DNA of 64,000 nucleotides. Origin: Caenispirillum bisanense. Its GTDB lineage: Bacteria; Pseudomonadota; Alphaproteobacteria; Rhodospirillales; UBA2165. A program made the position numbers and the translations under genes. The DNA is taken from positions 15,549 through 79,548 of the forward strand of contig CAMDWJ010000005.1 of the NCBI GenBank assembly GCA_945877815.1, read 5' to 3'. This document shows, one piece after another, positions 10,037 through 19,896 of the stretch (positions are counted from its first letter, which is position 1; each line of letters starts with the position of its first letter). The notes beneath the pieces are model-generated. The model was not told the DNA's origin. It searched no databases and worked only from the letters and a program-made list of their open reading frames with translations.

Positions 10037-10810
10037 GTGACCGTCTCGTCCGCCTTCGTCGAACTCGCGGTGCGGTTGGCCGACGCGGCCGGGCCGATCG
10101 TCAAACGCTATTTCCGCGCCGGCACGGCCATCGTCGATAAGGACGATTTGAGCCCCGTTACCGTTGCAGACCGCGATGCAGAGGCCGCGATGCGCAGCCT
10201 CATCGCCGAGGCTCAGCCCACGCACGGGGTGCTTGGCGAAGAAATGGGCGCCGACCGCGCGGATGCCGAGTATGTCTGGGTGCTCGACCCGATCGACGGC
10301 ACCAAATCCTTCGTCACCGGCAAGCCGCTGTTCGGCACGCTGATATCGCTCACCCATCGCGGCATTCCCGTCATCGGCATCATCGACCAACCGGTGCTGG
10401 GCGAACGCTGGCTGGGCATCGCCGGTGAGCCGGCGCGCTTCAACGGCCAGATCATCAAGACCCGCGCCTGTGCCCGGCTGGCCGATGCCTGGCTCTATGC
10501 AACGACGCCGCAAATGTTTGTAGGCGAGTCACTCACCGCTTACGACCGCCTCGCAGGTTCGGTCAAATTTCCGCTCTACGGCGCCGATTGCTACGCCTAT
10601 GGAATGCTGGCGGCGGGCTGGACCGATCTGGTCTGCGAAGCGTCCCTCAAACCCTACGACTGGTGCGCCCTGGCTCCGATCGTCGAGGGGGCGGGCGGGC
10701 GCATCACCGATTGGGAGGGGCGGCCGCTGACGATCACGTCGGGCGGGCGGGTGCTCGCGGCCGGCGATGCCCGCATGCACGCCGAAGCCATGGCCCGGCT
10801 TAAAGGCTGA
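10037..10810 (+). CDS. inositol monophosphatase family protein (HisN-like histidinol-phosphatase candidate)
   Basis: IMPase motifs VTVADRDAE, GEE and WVLDPIDGTKSF. GTG start as in the track. Confidence 0.8.
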   Translation: MTVSSAFVELAVRLADAAGPIVKRYFRAGTAIVDKDDLSPVTVADRDAEAAMRSLIAEAQPTHGVLGEEMGADRADAEYVWVLDPIDGTKSFVTGKPLFGTLISLTHRGIPVIGIIDQPVLGERWLGIAGEPARFNGQIIKTRACARLADAWLYATTPQMFVGESLTAYDRLAGSVKFPLYGADCYAYGMLAAGWTDLVCEASLKPYDWCALAPIVEGAGGRITDWEGRPLTITSGGRVLAAGDARMHAEAMARLKG

Positions 10811-10894
10811 CACACGCGGGTTTGACCCATGCGGGACTTGCCTCGGAGGCGGCCCCCTGCCCACAATGTGCCCGCGCAACATGAGAGGATTGGA

Positions 10895-12751
10895 ATGCAC
10901 GGATCGATCCGGACCCTTGGCCTCGCCAGCGCCCTTGCTTGCGCCTTTGCGGGCACCCTGGCCCTTGCCGCGCCGCAAGCCGTCGCCGAGCCTATTCACG
11001 GCTTCGCCATGCACGGCGCCCCCAAGTATGGGCCGGATTTTAAACATTTCGACTATGTGAACCCGAATGCGCCCAAAGGGGGCCTCGCTCGCCTGTCGGC
11101 CATCGGCACGTTCTCAACCTTCAACCCCTTTACCTTAAAGGGCGTTGCCGCCGCAGGTATTATGCAGATTTTCGAAACCCTGATGGAAAGCCCGGACGAC
11201 GAGGCCTTCACCGAATATGGTTTGCTCGCCGAAACCATCGAGGTGCCAGAGGATCGTTCGTGGGTTGCCTTCACCCTTCGACCCCAGGCACGCTGGCACG
11301 ACGGCAAGCCGGTCACCGTCGAGGATGTGATTTTCAGCCTCAATGTACTGAAAGAAAAAGGCCAACCGTTCTACCGATTCTATTACAAGGATGTCGCCAA
11401 GGCCGAGAAGACCGGCGAGCGCCGCGTCAAATTCACCTTCACGGCGGACGGCGAAAACCGCGAACTGCCGCTGATCATCGGCCAACTTCCGATCCTGCCC
11501 AAACATTATTGGGAGAGCCGCGCCTTCGATCAGACCACGATGGAGCCGCCGCTCGGCAGCGGACCCTATAAGATCAAGGAATTCGAAGCGGGTCGCAGCA
11601 TCGCTTACGAGCGCGTGACGGATTATTGGGGTGCCGATCTGCCCATCAACAAGGGCCGCGATAATTTCGACATCCTGCGCTACGACTATTATCGCGATTC
11701 GACCGTCGCCCTCGAAGCCTTTAAGGCCGGCGAATACGATTTCCGCCAGGAAAACAGCGCCAAGGTCTGGGCCACCGGTTACGAATCGCCCGCCATGACC
11801 GGCGGGTTGTTCAAGAAGGTGGATATCCCCAACGAAATCCCGACCGGGATGCAGGGCTTCGCCTTCAATACCCGCAAGGAGATGTTCCAAGACAAGCGCG
11901 TGCGCCAGGCGCTCGGCTATGCTTTCGATTTCGAATGGAGCAACAAGAATCTGTTCTACGGCCAATACACCCGCACCAAGAGCTATTTTTCGAATTCCGA
12001 ACTGGCCTCCGTGGGTTTGCCCTCGCCCGAGGAACTCAAAGTCCTGGAACCCTTGCGCGGCAAGATCCCGCCCGAGGTCTTCACGCAAGTTTATGAAGCA
12101 CCGGTCAGCGACGGATCGGGCAATATCCGTGAAAACCTGCGCAAAGCGCAGATCATCCTGCGCGATGCCGGCTGGTCGGTGAAGGACGGCAAACTGATCA
12201 ACAACAAGACACAGAAGCATCTCGCCTTCGAGATCCTGCTCGTCTCCCCTGACTTCGAACGGATCGTCCTGCCATATGTGAAAAATCTCGAGCGGCTCGG
12301 CGTCACTGCGAACGTTCGCACTGTCGACACCGCGCAATATCAATCGCGCGTCGACGATTTCGATTTCGACGTGATCGTCCAAAGCTTCGGCCAGTCGCTG
12401 TCGCCTGGCAACGAACAACGCGACTTCTGGGGTTCGGACGGCGCCAATCAACCCGGCAGCCGTAATGTGATAGGCATCAAGGATCCTGCAATCGACGCAT
12501 TGATCGATCAAGTGATCGCCGCCGGCGATCGCGAACAACTGATTGCGCGCACGCGTGCGCTCGATCGCGTGCTCTTGTGGAATCATTTCATGGTCCCGCA
12601 ATTCCACAACAGGACCTTCCGCGTCGCCTATTGGGACAAGTTCAATCGCCCCGAAACGACGCCGAAATACGGCCTCGCCTTCTCGGCTTGGTGGATCGAT
12701 TCCGCCAAGGACCAGGAGCTCCGCGCCAAAAAATCCCAACAGAGAAAATGA
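10895..12751 (+). CDS. yejA: ABC transporter periplasmic substrate-binding protein, family 5 (YejA-like)
   Basis: Signal peptide MHGSIRTLGLASALACAFAGTLALAAP and an SBP_bac_5-type sequence of about 600 aa. Followed by yejB/E/F homologues. Start trimmed to the signal-peptide Met. Confidence 0.85.
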   Translation: MHGSIRTLGLASALACAFAGTLALAAPQAVAEPIHGFAMHGAPKYGPDFKHFDYVNPNAPKGGLARLSAIGTFSTFNPFTLKGVAAAGIMQIFETLMESPDDEAFTEYGLLAETIEVPEDRSWVAFTLRPQARWHDGKPVTVEDVIFSLNVLKEKGQPFYRFYYKDVAKAEKTGERRVKFTFTADGENRELPLIIGQLPILPKHYWESRAFDQTTMEPPLGSGPYKIKEFEAGRSIAYERVTDYWGADLPINKGRDNFDILRYDYYRDSTVALEAFKAGEYDFRQENSAKVWATGYESPAMTGGLFKKVDIPNEIPTGMQGFAFNTRKEMFQDKRVRQALGYAFDFEWSNKNLFYGQYTRTKSYFSNSELASVGLPSPEELKVLEPLRGKIPPEVFTQVYEAPVSDGSGNIRENLRKAQIILRDAGWSVKDGKLINNKTQKHLAFEILLVSPDFERIVLPYVKNLERLGVTANVRTVDTAQYQSRVDDFDFDVIVQSFGQSLSPGNEQRDFWGSDGANQPGSRNVIGIKDPAIDALIDQVIAAGDREQLIARTRALDRVLLWNHFMVPQFHNRTFRVAYWDKFNRPETTPKYGLAFSAWWIDSAKDQELRAKKSQQRK

Positions 12752-12761
12752 ACGCAGACAG

Positions 12762-14330
12762 ATGAAAATCTCCAACTTCCTGATGGGCGAATGGCGCGAA
12801 GGGTCCGGTCCTGGCATCGCGTTGGTCGATCCTGTGACGGGTGAAGAAGTAGCGCGCGCATCGTCCGATGGCATCGATCTCGAAGCCGCCCTCGATTACG
12901 CGCGGCGCCAGGGCGGACCCGCCCTGCGTGCGCTCAGCTACAAAGAGCGTGGCGCATTGCTCGCCAAGGCGGTCGAGGTGCTGACCGCCAACCGCGAAAA
13001 ATATGCCGATATCGCGCTCCGCAATTCCGGCAACACCAAGGTCGACGCAACCATCGATATCGACGGCGGCATCGGCACCTTGAATTTCTACGCTCGCCTC
13101 GCCGGCAAACTCGGCGACGCCAAGTACCTCAAAGACCCTGGCTTCGAACGCATGGCAAAGGACGAAGCCTTCCAGGGTATGCACATCTGGGTTCCCCTGG
13201 CCGGCGCGGCGATCCACATCAATGCCTTTAACTTCCCCTCATGGGGCCTGTGGGAAAAAGCCGCGGTCGCGATTCTGTCCGGCGTTCCGGTGGTCGCCAA
13301 GCCGGCGACTTCAACGGCGCTATTGTCCTATGCGATGGTCCGCGACGTGATCGAGGCCGATGTTTTTCCGAAAGGCGCCCTCAATCTGATCGTAGGATCC
13401 GCGCGCGATCTGATGGACGCCACCAACGGGACCGACGCCGTGGCCTTCACCGGTTCGGCCGAGACCGCCATCAAGCTGCGCGCGAACGGGGCGACCCTGG
13501 CTCGTGGCACGCGCTTCAATACCGAGGCCGACAGTCTCAATATGAGCCTGCTCGGTCCCGACGTGACGACCGCTTCGCCTGAATTCGATCTGTTCATCAA
13601 GGAAGTAACCCGCGAGATGACGGTCAAGGCGGGCCAGAAATGCACCGCCATCCGACGCGCGCTTGTCCCTGCTAAATTGGCGAATGAAGTGACTGCGGCC
13701 CTCGAAGCGCGCCTGTCCAAAATCGCGACCGGCAATCCGCGCAATGAAGTCGTGCGCATGGGACCGCTGGTCAACCGCGCGCAACAGGCGGCGGCCCAAG
13801 ACGGCATCCGCACATTGGCCAAGGAGGCGAAGATCGTCACCGGCGGCGCGGGTGGTTTCTCCCCCGTGGATGCCGATCCCAAGTTTTCGGCCTTCGTAGC
13901 TCCCACCCTGCTGTATTGCGCCGATCCAAAGGCCGGCAAGGCCGTACATGAGGTCGAGGTCTTCGGGCCGGTCTGCACGCTGATGCCCTATAACGGGCTG
14001 GCCGAAGCCTATGCGCTCGCCGCGCGCGGCGGTGGCTCGCTTGTCGCTTCGATCTTCACCGCGGATGACGCAATCGCCGCAGAAGCCACCTTGGCGCTTG
14101 CCCCATACCACGGCCGCGTTTTGTTGATCGACGAAAAGGTCGGCGCGTCACAAACCGGACATGGAATCGTCATGCCGATGATGACCCATGGCGGGCCCGG
14201 GCGCGCGGGCGGCGGCGAGGAATTGGGCGGCGTTCGCGGACTTCGATTCTATCACCAGCGCACCGCCGTGCAGGGTCGTCTCGACCGGCTTCAGGGTTTG
14301 GGAATCGGTGCGGCGGAAGTGATCTTATAG
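12762..14330 (+). CDS. aldehyde dehydrogenase family protein (PaaZ N-domain / 3,4-dehydroadipyl-CoA semialdehyde dehydrogenase-like)
   Basis: MKISNFLMGEWREG start, FTGSAETA, the catalytic region EMTVKAGQKCTAIRR, and EVFGPV. The track ORF start (12543) overlaps yejA and was trimmed to the ATG at 12762. Confidence 0.8.
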   Translation: MKISNFLMGEWREGSGPGIALVDPVTGEEVARASSDGIDLEAALDYARRQGGPALRALSYKERGALLAKAVEVLTANREKYADIALRNSGNTKVDATIDIDGGIGTLNFYARLAGKLGDAKYLKDPGFERMAKDEAFQGMHIWVPLAGAAIHINAFNFPSWGLWEKAAVAILSGVPVVAKPATSTALLSYAMVRDVIEADVFPKGALNLIVGSARDLMDATNGTDAVAFTGSAETAIKLRANGATLARGTRFNTEADSLNMSLLGPDVTTASPEFDLFIKEVTREMTVKAGQKCTAIRRALVPAKLANEVTAALEARLSKIATGNPRNEVVRMGPLVNRAQQAAAQDGIRTLAKEAKIVTGGAGGFSPVDADPKFSAFVAPTLLYCADPKAGKAVHEVEVFGPVCTLMPYNGLAEAYALAARGGGSLVASIFTADDAIAAEATLALAPYHGRVLLIDEKVGASQTGHGIVMPMMTHGGPGRAGGGEELGGVRGLRFYHQRTAVQGRLDRLQGLGIGAAEVIL

Positions 14331-14336
14331 ACTCTC

Positions 14337-15449
14337 ATGCTCGCATACATCATCCGACGCCTGTTTTTGGTGATCCCGACGCTCTTCGTGATCATTCTAT
14401 TGAATTTCGTCTTCGTGCAGTTCGCGCCGGGCGGGCCGGTCGAACAGGCGATTGCCCAGATTCAAGGCCGGGCGGTTGATGCAACCGCGCGCATTTCCGG
14501 TGGAGGTGGCGAAACGGCGCCGGGTGCGCAGCGTGACCAGACGCAATCGCGCGGCGACAGCGCCAGCAAATACCGTGGCGCTCGCGGCCTCGACCCGCAA
14601 CTGGTCAAAGAACTTGAACGCCAGTTCGGCTTCGACAAACCGGCCCCCGAGCGTTTTTGGCTGATGATCAAGAATTACGTCAAATTCGATTTCGGCCAAA
14701 GTTTCTATCAAAACCGCAGCGTGGTCGATCTGGTCGTCGAGAAGATGCCGGTCTCAATTTCCATCGGCGTTTGGACGACGCTTCTCGTCTACTGCATATC
14801 AATCCCGCTTGGCATCACCAAGGCGGTGCGCGACGGCGAATCCTTCGACGTGTGGACCAGTGTTGTCGTCATCATCGGCAATGCGATCCCCGCCTTCCTG
14901 TTCGCGATCCTCCTCGTCGTACTGTTCGCCGGCGGCAGTTTCTTCAATCTCTTTCCCCTACGCGGGCTCACGTCGGCAAATTGGCACGATCTCAATTGGG
15001 GCATGAAAATCCTGGATTACCTGTGGCACATGGTGCTGCCGATCACGGCGATGGTCATCGGCGGTTTCGCATCGCTGACGATTCTCACCAAAAATTCCTT
15101 CCTGGAGGAGATCAACAAGCAATATGTGCTGACGGCGCGTTCCAAGGGCATCGACGAGCGGCGCATCCTCTACGGCCACATTTTCCGCAATGCGATGTTG
15201 ATCGTGATTGCTGGCTTTCCGAGCGCCTTCATCGGCATCCTATTCGGCAGCTCGCTGCTCATCGAATTGATCTTCTCGCTCGACGGACTCGGATTGCTCG
15301 GATTCGAAGCGGTCGTGAATCGCGATTACCCAGTCGTCTTCGGAACCCTCTATATCTTTACGCTGATGGGGCTCTTGATGGGGATTCTCGGCGACCTCGC
15401 CTATCACATGGTCGATCCCCGCATCGATTTCGAAGCGCGCGAGGTCTGA
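14337..15449 (+). CDS. yejB: ABC transporter permease (YejB-like)
   Basis: [24 protein letters not shown] is a typical DppB/YejB N-terminus. BPD_transp_1 region present. Confidence 0.88.
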   Translation: MLAYIIRRLFLVIPTLFVIILLNFVFVQFAPGGPVEQAIAQIQGRAVDATARISGGGGETAPGAQRDQTQSRGDSASKYRGARGLDPQLVKELERQFGFDKPAPERFWLMIKNYVKFDFGQSFYQNRSVVDLVVEKMPVSISIGVWTTLLVYCISIPLGITKAVRDGESFDVWTSVVVIIGNAIPAFLFAILLVVLFAGGSFFNLFPLRGLTSANWHDLNWGMKILDYLWHMVLPITAMVIGGFASLTILTKNSFLEEINKQYVLTARSKGIDERRILYGHIFRNAMLIVIAGFPSAFIGILFGSSLLIELIFSLDGLGLLGFEAVVNRDYPVVFGTLYIFTLMGLLMGILGDLAYHMVDPRIDFEAREV

Positions 15450-15452
15450 ACC

Positions 15453-16493
15453 GTGGGTTTCAGATATTCGATGTCGCCCCTCAATCGACGAAGGCTCGCG
15501 AATTTTCGTGCCAATCGCCGCGGCTACTGGTCGTTCTGGATATTCATGGTCCTGTTCGTCGGCAGCTTGTTCGCCGAATTCGTCGCGAACGACCGGCCAA
15601 TCCTGGTCCGCTACGACGGGCAATTCTATATGCCCGTGGTGGTCGAATATCCCGAGACCACATTTGGCGGCATCTTCGAAACCGCGACCGATTATCACGA
15701 TCCCGAAGTGCAGAAATTGATCGAAGAGAAGGGCTGGATCGTCTGGCCGATGATCCCCTTTAGCTACGACACCGTCGTGCATGATCTGGGACGCCCATCG
15801 CCCTCGCCGCCGACGGCGAAGAACTGGCTCGGTACCGACGATCAGGCCCGCGACGTCGCCGCACGCCTGATCTACGGGTTCCGCATTTCGATCCTGTTCG
15901 GCCTGATCCTGACCTTGCTGTCGTCCGTCGTCGGGGTGGCAGCTGGGGCCTGGCAGGGATATTTCGGCGGCATGGTCGATCTGTTGTTTCAGCGCTTCAT
16001 GGAAATCTGGGGCAGCATGCCGCAACTCTATATCCTGATCATTCTCGCGTCCTTCTTCGAGCCGTCGTTTTCGCTCCTTCTGGTGATCATGCTGGCCTTC
16101 AGCTGGATGTCGCTAGTGGGCGTCGTGCGCGCCGAATTCCTTCGCGGACGCAATCTGATGTTCGTGATGGCGGCCAAGGCGCTCGGGCAATCGAACGTAC
16201 GGTTGATGTTCAAGCATATCTTGCCGAACGCCATGGTCGCGACGATTTCGTTCATGCCCTTCATTCTCAACGGCGCGATCTCGTCGCTGACGGCGCTCGA
16301 TTTCATCGGTTACGGCCTGCCGGCTGGTTCGGCTTCGCTCGGCGAAATTTTGAATCAGGGAAAAAACAATCTTCAGGCACCCTGGCTCGGCATTTCGGCT
16401 TTTTTCGTAACCGCAATCATGCTCAGCCTGCTGATCTTCATCGGCGAAGCGGTGCGCGACGCGCTCGATCCGCGCAAGACGTTCCGGACCTAA
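15453..16493 (+). CDS. yejE: ABC transporter permease (YejE-like)
   Basis: RRLANFRANRRGYWSFWIF N-terminus, the TDDQARDV motif, and 6 TM segments. Alternative ATG at 15471. Confidence 0.88.
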   Translation: MGFRYSMSPLNRRRLANFRANRRGYWSFWIFMVLFVGSLFAEFVANDRPILVRYDGQFYMPVVVEYPETTFGGIFETATDYHDPEVQKLIEEKGWIVWPMIPFSYDTVVHDLGRPSPSPPTAKNWLGTDDQARDVAARLIYGFRISILFGLILTLLSSVVGVAAGAWQGYFGGMVDLLFQRFMEIWGSMPQLYILIILASFFEPSFSLLLVIMLAFSWMSLVGVVRAEFLRGRNLMFVMAAKALGQSNVRLMFKHILPNAMVATISFMPFILNGAISSLTALDFIGYGLPAGSASLGEILNQGKNNLQAPWLGISAFFVTAIMLSLLIFIGEAVRDALDPRKTFRT

Positions 16494-16495
16494 CC

Positions 16496-18118
16496 ATGGC
16501 CTTGCTTGAAGTCCGCAACCTGTCGGTGAGTTTCGGTCGCGTGCCGAACGAAATGAAAGCCGTGAAAGGCGTCTCGTTCGATCTCGATCGCGGCCAGACG
16601 GCGGGCATCGTCGGCGAATCCGGATCGGGCAAATCCGTCACCGCTTTGTCGATCCTGAAACTTCTACCCTATCCGATGGCATGGCACCCTTCGGGCCAGA
16701 TCCGTTTCGACCGCACCGATATGATGCGTGCATCGGATGCCGAATTGCGCGCGATCCGCGGCAACCGGATCGCCATGATTTTCCAGGAGCCAATCAATTC
16801 GCTGAACCCACTCCATTCCATCGAGCGCCAGATCAGCGAAGTGCTGAACGTTCACAAACACATGGGTGTGCGCCAGGCCCGCATGCGCGTCGAGGAACTC
16901 CTCGATCTCGTCGGATTGGGCGAGGCGAAAAGCCGCCTGCATGCCTTGCCACATGAATTTTCCGGCGGCCAGCAGCAGCGCATCATGATCGCCATGGCGC
17001 TCGCCAACGAACCCGAAATCCTGATCGCGGACGAACCGACGACCGCTCTCGACGTCACTGTGCAGGCGCAGGTTCTCAAATTGCTCAAGGACCTGACGAA
17101 CGAGCTAGGCATGGCGATGCTACTGATCACCCACGATCTCGGCATAGTCCGGCGCATGTCCGATACCGTGCATGTCATGACCAACGGGCAAATCGTCGAA
17201 ACCGGCCCAACCGAACAGGTCTATGCCAATCCCCAACATCCCTATACGCAGCGCCTGTTGGCCTCCGAGCCCAGGGGCCGGCCGGATCCGGTTCCCCAAG
17301 ATTCGAAGGAAATCCTCCATGCTGCCGATCTGCGCGTCTGGTTCCCGATCAAGAAGGGCGTGATCCGCCGCACGGTAGGCCATATTAAGGCGGTGGACGG
17401 CGTCACGCTCACGGTTCGCGAAAGCCATACGCTCGGCATCGTCGGCGAATCGGGCTCCGGCAAATCGACGCTGGCCAGAGCACTTCTACGGCTTGAACGC
17501 TCGACCGGCGAGATCGTATTCCAAGGGCGCGCCATCCAAAATCTATCGCGCGCACAGATGCGCCCCCTGCGGCGCGAAATGCAGATCGTGTTCCAGGATC
17601 CTTTCGGCTCACTCTCGCCGCGCATGTCCGTCTTCCAGATCGTCGAGGAAGGATTGCTGGTGCATGACGAAGGCGGCGGCTACTCGGCGCGGCGCACCCG
17701 GGTGGCCGAGGCCCTGGCCGAGGTCGGGCTCGATCCGGCCACGATGGACCGTTACCCGCACGAATTCTCAGGCGGCCAACGCCAGCGTATCTGTGTCGCC
17801 CGCGCACTCGTGCTCAAGCCCAAATTGATCGTATTGGACGAGCCGACGTCCGCGCTCGACATGTCGGTGCAGGCGCAGATCGTCGAATTGTTCCGTACGC
17901 TGCAAGTGCGTCACAAGCTTGCTTATCTCTTCATCAGTCACGATCTGAAGGTCGTGCGCGCACTCGCCCACGATATCGTCGTGCTGCGCCGCGGCGTGGT
18001 GGTGGAAGCGGGCGCGGCCGATACGATCTTCGACACGCCCACCGAGGCCTATACCAAGGCTCTCATGAAGGCTGCCTTCAAGATCGAGGCAGACGAAACC
18101 GGCGCCGTCGCGCGCTGA
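16496..18118 (+). CDS. yejF: ABC transporter ATP-binding protein with duplicated ATPase domains (YejF-like)
   Basis: Two Walker A sites (GESGSGKS twice), two signature motifs ([16 protein letters not shown]) and two Walker B sites. Confidence 0.92.
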   Translation: MALLEVRNLSVSFGRVPNEMKAVKGVSFDLDRGQTAGIVGESGSGKSVTALSILKLLPYPMAWHPSGQIRFDRTDMMRASDAELRAIRGNRIAMIFQEPINSLNPLHSIERQISEVLNVHKHMGVRQARMRVEELLDLVGLGEAKSRLHALPHEFSGGQQQRIMIAMALANEPEILIADEPTTALDVTVQAQVLKLLKDLTNELGMAMLLITHDLGIVRRMSDTVHVMTNGQIVETGPTEQVYANPQHPYTQRLLASEPRGRPDPVPQDSKEILHAADLRVWFPIKKGVIRRTVGHIKAVDGVTLTVRESHTLGIVGESGSGKSTLARALLRLERSTGEIVFQGRAIQNLSRAQMRPLRREMQIVFQDPFGSLSPRMSVFQIVEEGLLVHDEGGGYSARRTRVAEALAEVGLDPATMDRYPHEFSGGQRQRICVARALVLKPKLIVLDEPTSALDMSVQAQIVELFRTLQVRHKLAYLFISHDLKVVRALAHDIVVLRRGVVVEAGAADTIFDTPTEAYTKALMKAAFKIEADETGAVAR

Positions 18119-18205
18119 CGCCTGCAATTTTTTTGCAATCCTGGTTCGATGTGACGTTTTTATGACTTGCCCTCGGATCGAAACGGCGCATTATTAGATA
18201 GCTTC

Positions 18206-18216
18206 CTAATTATTAG
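18206..18216. promoter_or_regulatory. candidate MarR operator (palindrome CTAAT-T-ATTAG)
   Basis: An 11-bp perfect palindrome in an AT-rich tract 14 bp upstream of the marR-family start. A TTATTAG half-site is repeated at 18191-18197. Confidence 0.25.
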
Positions 18217-18229
18217 CGACTCTACATAA

Positions 18230-18712
18230 ATGCCTGGACCAGATGCCGGCGGGACAGCCCCCGGTCCCACTAATCTCACCCACGAATTCGGATTGCGGCT
18301 CGTGCAGATGGCCCATCGCTGGCGCCGCGTGCTCGACGAGCGACTGCGTCCGACGGGCCTGTCGCAATCGACCTGGCGAACCCTTTTCCATCTCGCCCAT
18401 ATGGGCGACGGGATTTTGCAAAAGGATTTGGCGATAGCGATCGGGATCGAAGGTCCGTCGCTCGTTCGCCTGCTCGACAATCTGGAAAGCGACGGCCTGA
18501 TCGAACGCCGCCCCGCCGCCAACGACCGGCGCGGCAAGACCCTGCACCTGACCGCGCTCGGCCAGACCCGCCACCGCGAGCTCATGGTGATCGCCGACGA
18601 GGTGCGCGCCCAGCTTCTGGAAGGCACCTCGGCCGCCGACCTCAGGATCTGTCTTAAGGTTTTCGATCGCGTCCGCGCCAACGCTGAAACCCGCATCGGG
18701 GAGGAGTCATAA
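18230..18712 (+). CDS. MarR family transcriptional regulator
   Basis: Winged-helix region LSQSTWRTLFHLAHMGDGILQKDLAIAIGIEGPSLVRLLDNLESDGLIERR...DRRGK. First gene of the efflux operon. Confidence 0.88.
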   Translation: MPGPDAGGTAPGPTNLTHEFGLRLVQMAHRWRRVLDERLRPTGLSQSTWRTLFHLAHMGDGILQKDLAIAIGIEGPSLVRLLDNLESDGLIERRPAANDRRGKTLHLTALGQTRHRELMVIADEVRAQLLEGTSAADLRICLKVFDRVRANAETRIGEES

Positions 18713-19896
18713 TGGCCCAGGATGCTAATACGCCCGTCCGTGCACCGGAAGGCGCCGGAGGACCCGACGCATTCAGCGAACAATTGTTCCGCCGCCGCCG
18801 TCTTCTTCTGATCGGCCGGCGCGGCGTGATTCGCATCGGCATCGTGGCCGTTCTTCTGTTGATCGTCGGCATTTGGGGCAACAGCTGGTTGCAACACCGC
18901 TTCGCGCATGTGGTCGAGCAAGATGCGCGCATCGCCGCCGACATGGTGGCGATCGCATCGCGTTTCGATGGATGGCTCGTCCGCGTTCCCGTGAGCCAAG
19001 GCCAGAAGGTCGCCAAGGGCGATGTCCTCATCGAGATCGATTCGCGAGCCTCGCAACTGAAGCTCGCCGAACTGGTGGCACAAGTGAACGAGACCCGCGC
19101 GCAACGCGAGACCCTGACGGCCGAGCTTAAGATGACCGAGGCGCAAACGCTGCATCGGCTGGAGGCGCAACGTCATCGTGTTGTCGCCGGACGTGCGGCG
19201 ACCCAGGCGGCGCGCGCGCGTCACGCCTTCGTTCAATCCGAATATGCGCGCATGCAATCGCTTGCGAGCAGTCGCGTCGTCTCCTCCCAGGCCCTGGAAA
19301 AATCCGCCGCCGATATGAAGGACCTGAGCGAGAAGCTCGCCCAGACCACGGCCGAGTTCGCCGTCGCCGAGGCGCAGCTTGCCGAAGCCGAAGCCGCGCG
19401 CCAGCAAAGCGCGGTCCTGCAACGCAAGATCGAGCAGCTGGAAGCCGAAGAGCAGCGGCTCAACGCGGTGCAGGATCAGCAACGTCTCGAAATTGCCGAT
19501 CGGACCGTGACCAGCCCAATCACCGGCGTCGTCGACAAGCTGTTCATCAATCCCGGCGAGTTCGTACGCCCCGGCCAGCGGCTGTTGCTGGTCCACAATC
19601 CGCAAGAGGTCTGGGTCGATGCCAACGTGCGCGAGACGGATGTAGGCAAAATCGCTCTCGGCGCGGCCGTGAAGATCCATGTCGATGCCTATCCCGACCG
19701 TTCGTTCGACGGCGAGGTCGTGCATATTGGCTCGTCGGCGACCAGCCAATATGCCCTGCTGCCCAATCCGAATCCGAGCGGCAACTTCACAAAAATCGTC
19801 CAGCGTCTGCCGATCAAGATCAAGGTCAAGGAACCCGGCGAGCTATTGCGTCCAGGCATGATGGTGGAGATCGACGTTGCCGTCACCGGTCGCTGA
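18712..19896 (+). CDS. HlyD-family membrane fusion protein (EmrA-like)
   Basis: N-terminal TM, biotinyl-lipoyl-like hairpin (GQKVAKGDVLIEID), a long coiled coil and a beta-barrel domain. Start overlaps the marR stop (ATAATG). Confidence 0.88.
   Translation: MAQDANTPVRAPEGAGGPDAFSEQLFRRRRLLLIGRRGVIRIGIVAVLLLIVGIWGNSWLQHRFAHVVEQDARIAADMVAIASRFDGWLVRVPVSQGQKVAKGDVLIEIDSRASQLKLAELVAQVNETRAQRETLTAELKMTEAQTLHRLEAQRHRVVAGRAATQAARARHAFVQSEYARMQSLASSRVVSSQALEKSAADMKDLSEKLAQTTAEFAVAEAQLAEAEAARQQSAVLQRKIEQLEAEEQRLNAVQDQQRLEIADRTVTSPITGVVDKLFINPGEFVRPGQRLLLVHNPQEVWVDANVRETDVGKIALGAAVKIHVDAYPDRSFDGEVVHIGSSATSQYALLPNPNPSGNFTKIVQRLPIKIKVKEPGELLRPGMMVEIDVAVTGR

Noticed and set aside
12543-12761. The N-terminal 73-codon extension of the aldehyde dehydrogenase ORF that overlaps the yejA 3' end.
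   Set aside because: The extension is a low-complexity out-of-frame read of yejA. The conserved dehydrogenase N-terminus begins at the ATG at 12762, just after the yejA stop.
18160-19749. 529-aa minus-strand ORF, together with similar very long ORFs in the track (421-1428 +, 9434-10513 -, 11135-12874 -, 26414-27973 +, 44513-45799 +, 39411-40610 +, 47014-48240 +, 48798-50159 +).
   Set aside because: Each lies antisense to, or frame-shifted over, a gene with clear conserved motifs (HlyD, cytochrome c/IMPase, YejA, the TcuA-like protein, the Rieske alpha subunit, and others). Their translations are Arg/Ala/Gly/Pro-rich low-complexity sequence, as expected for shadow ORFs in GC-rich DNA.
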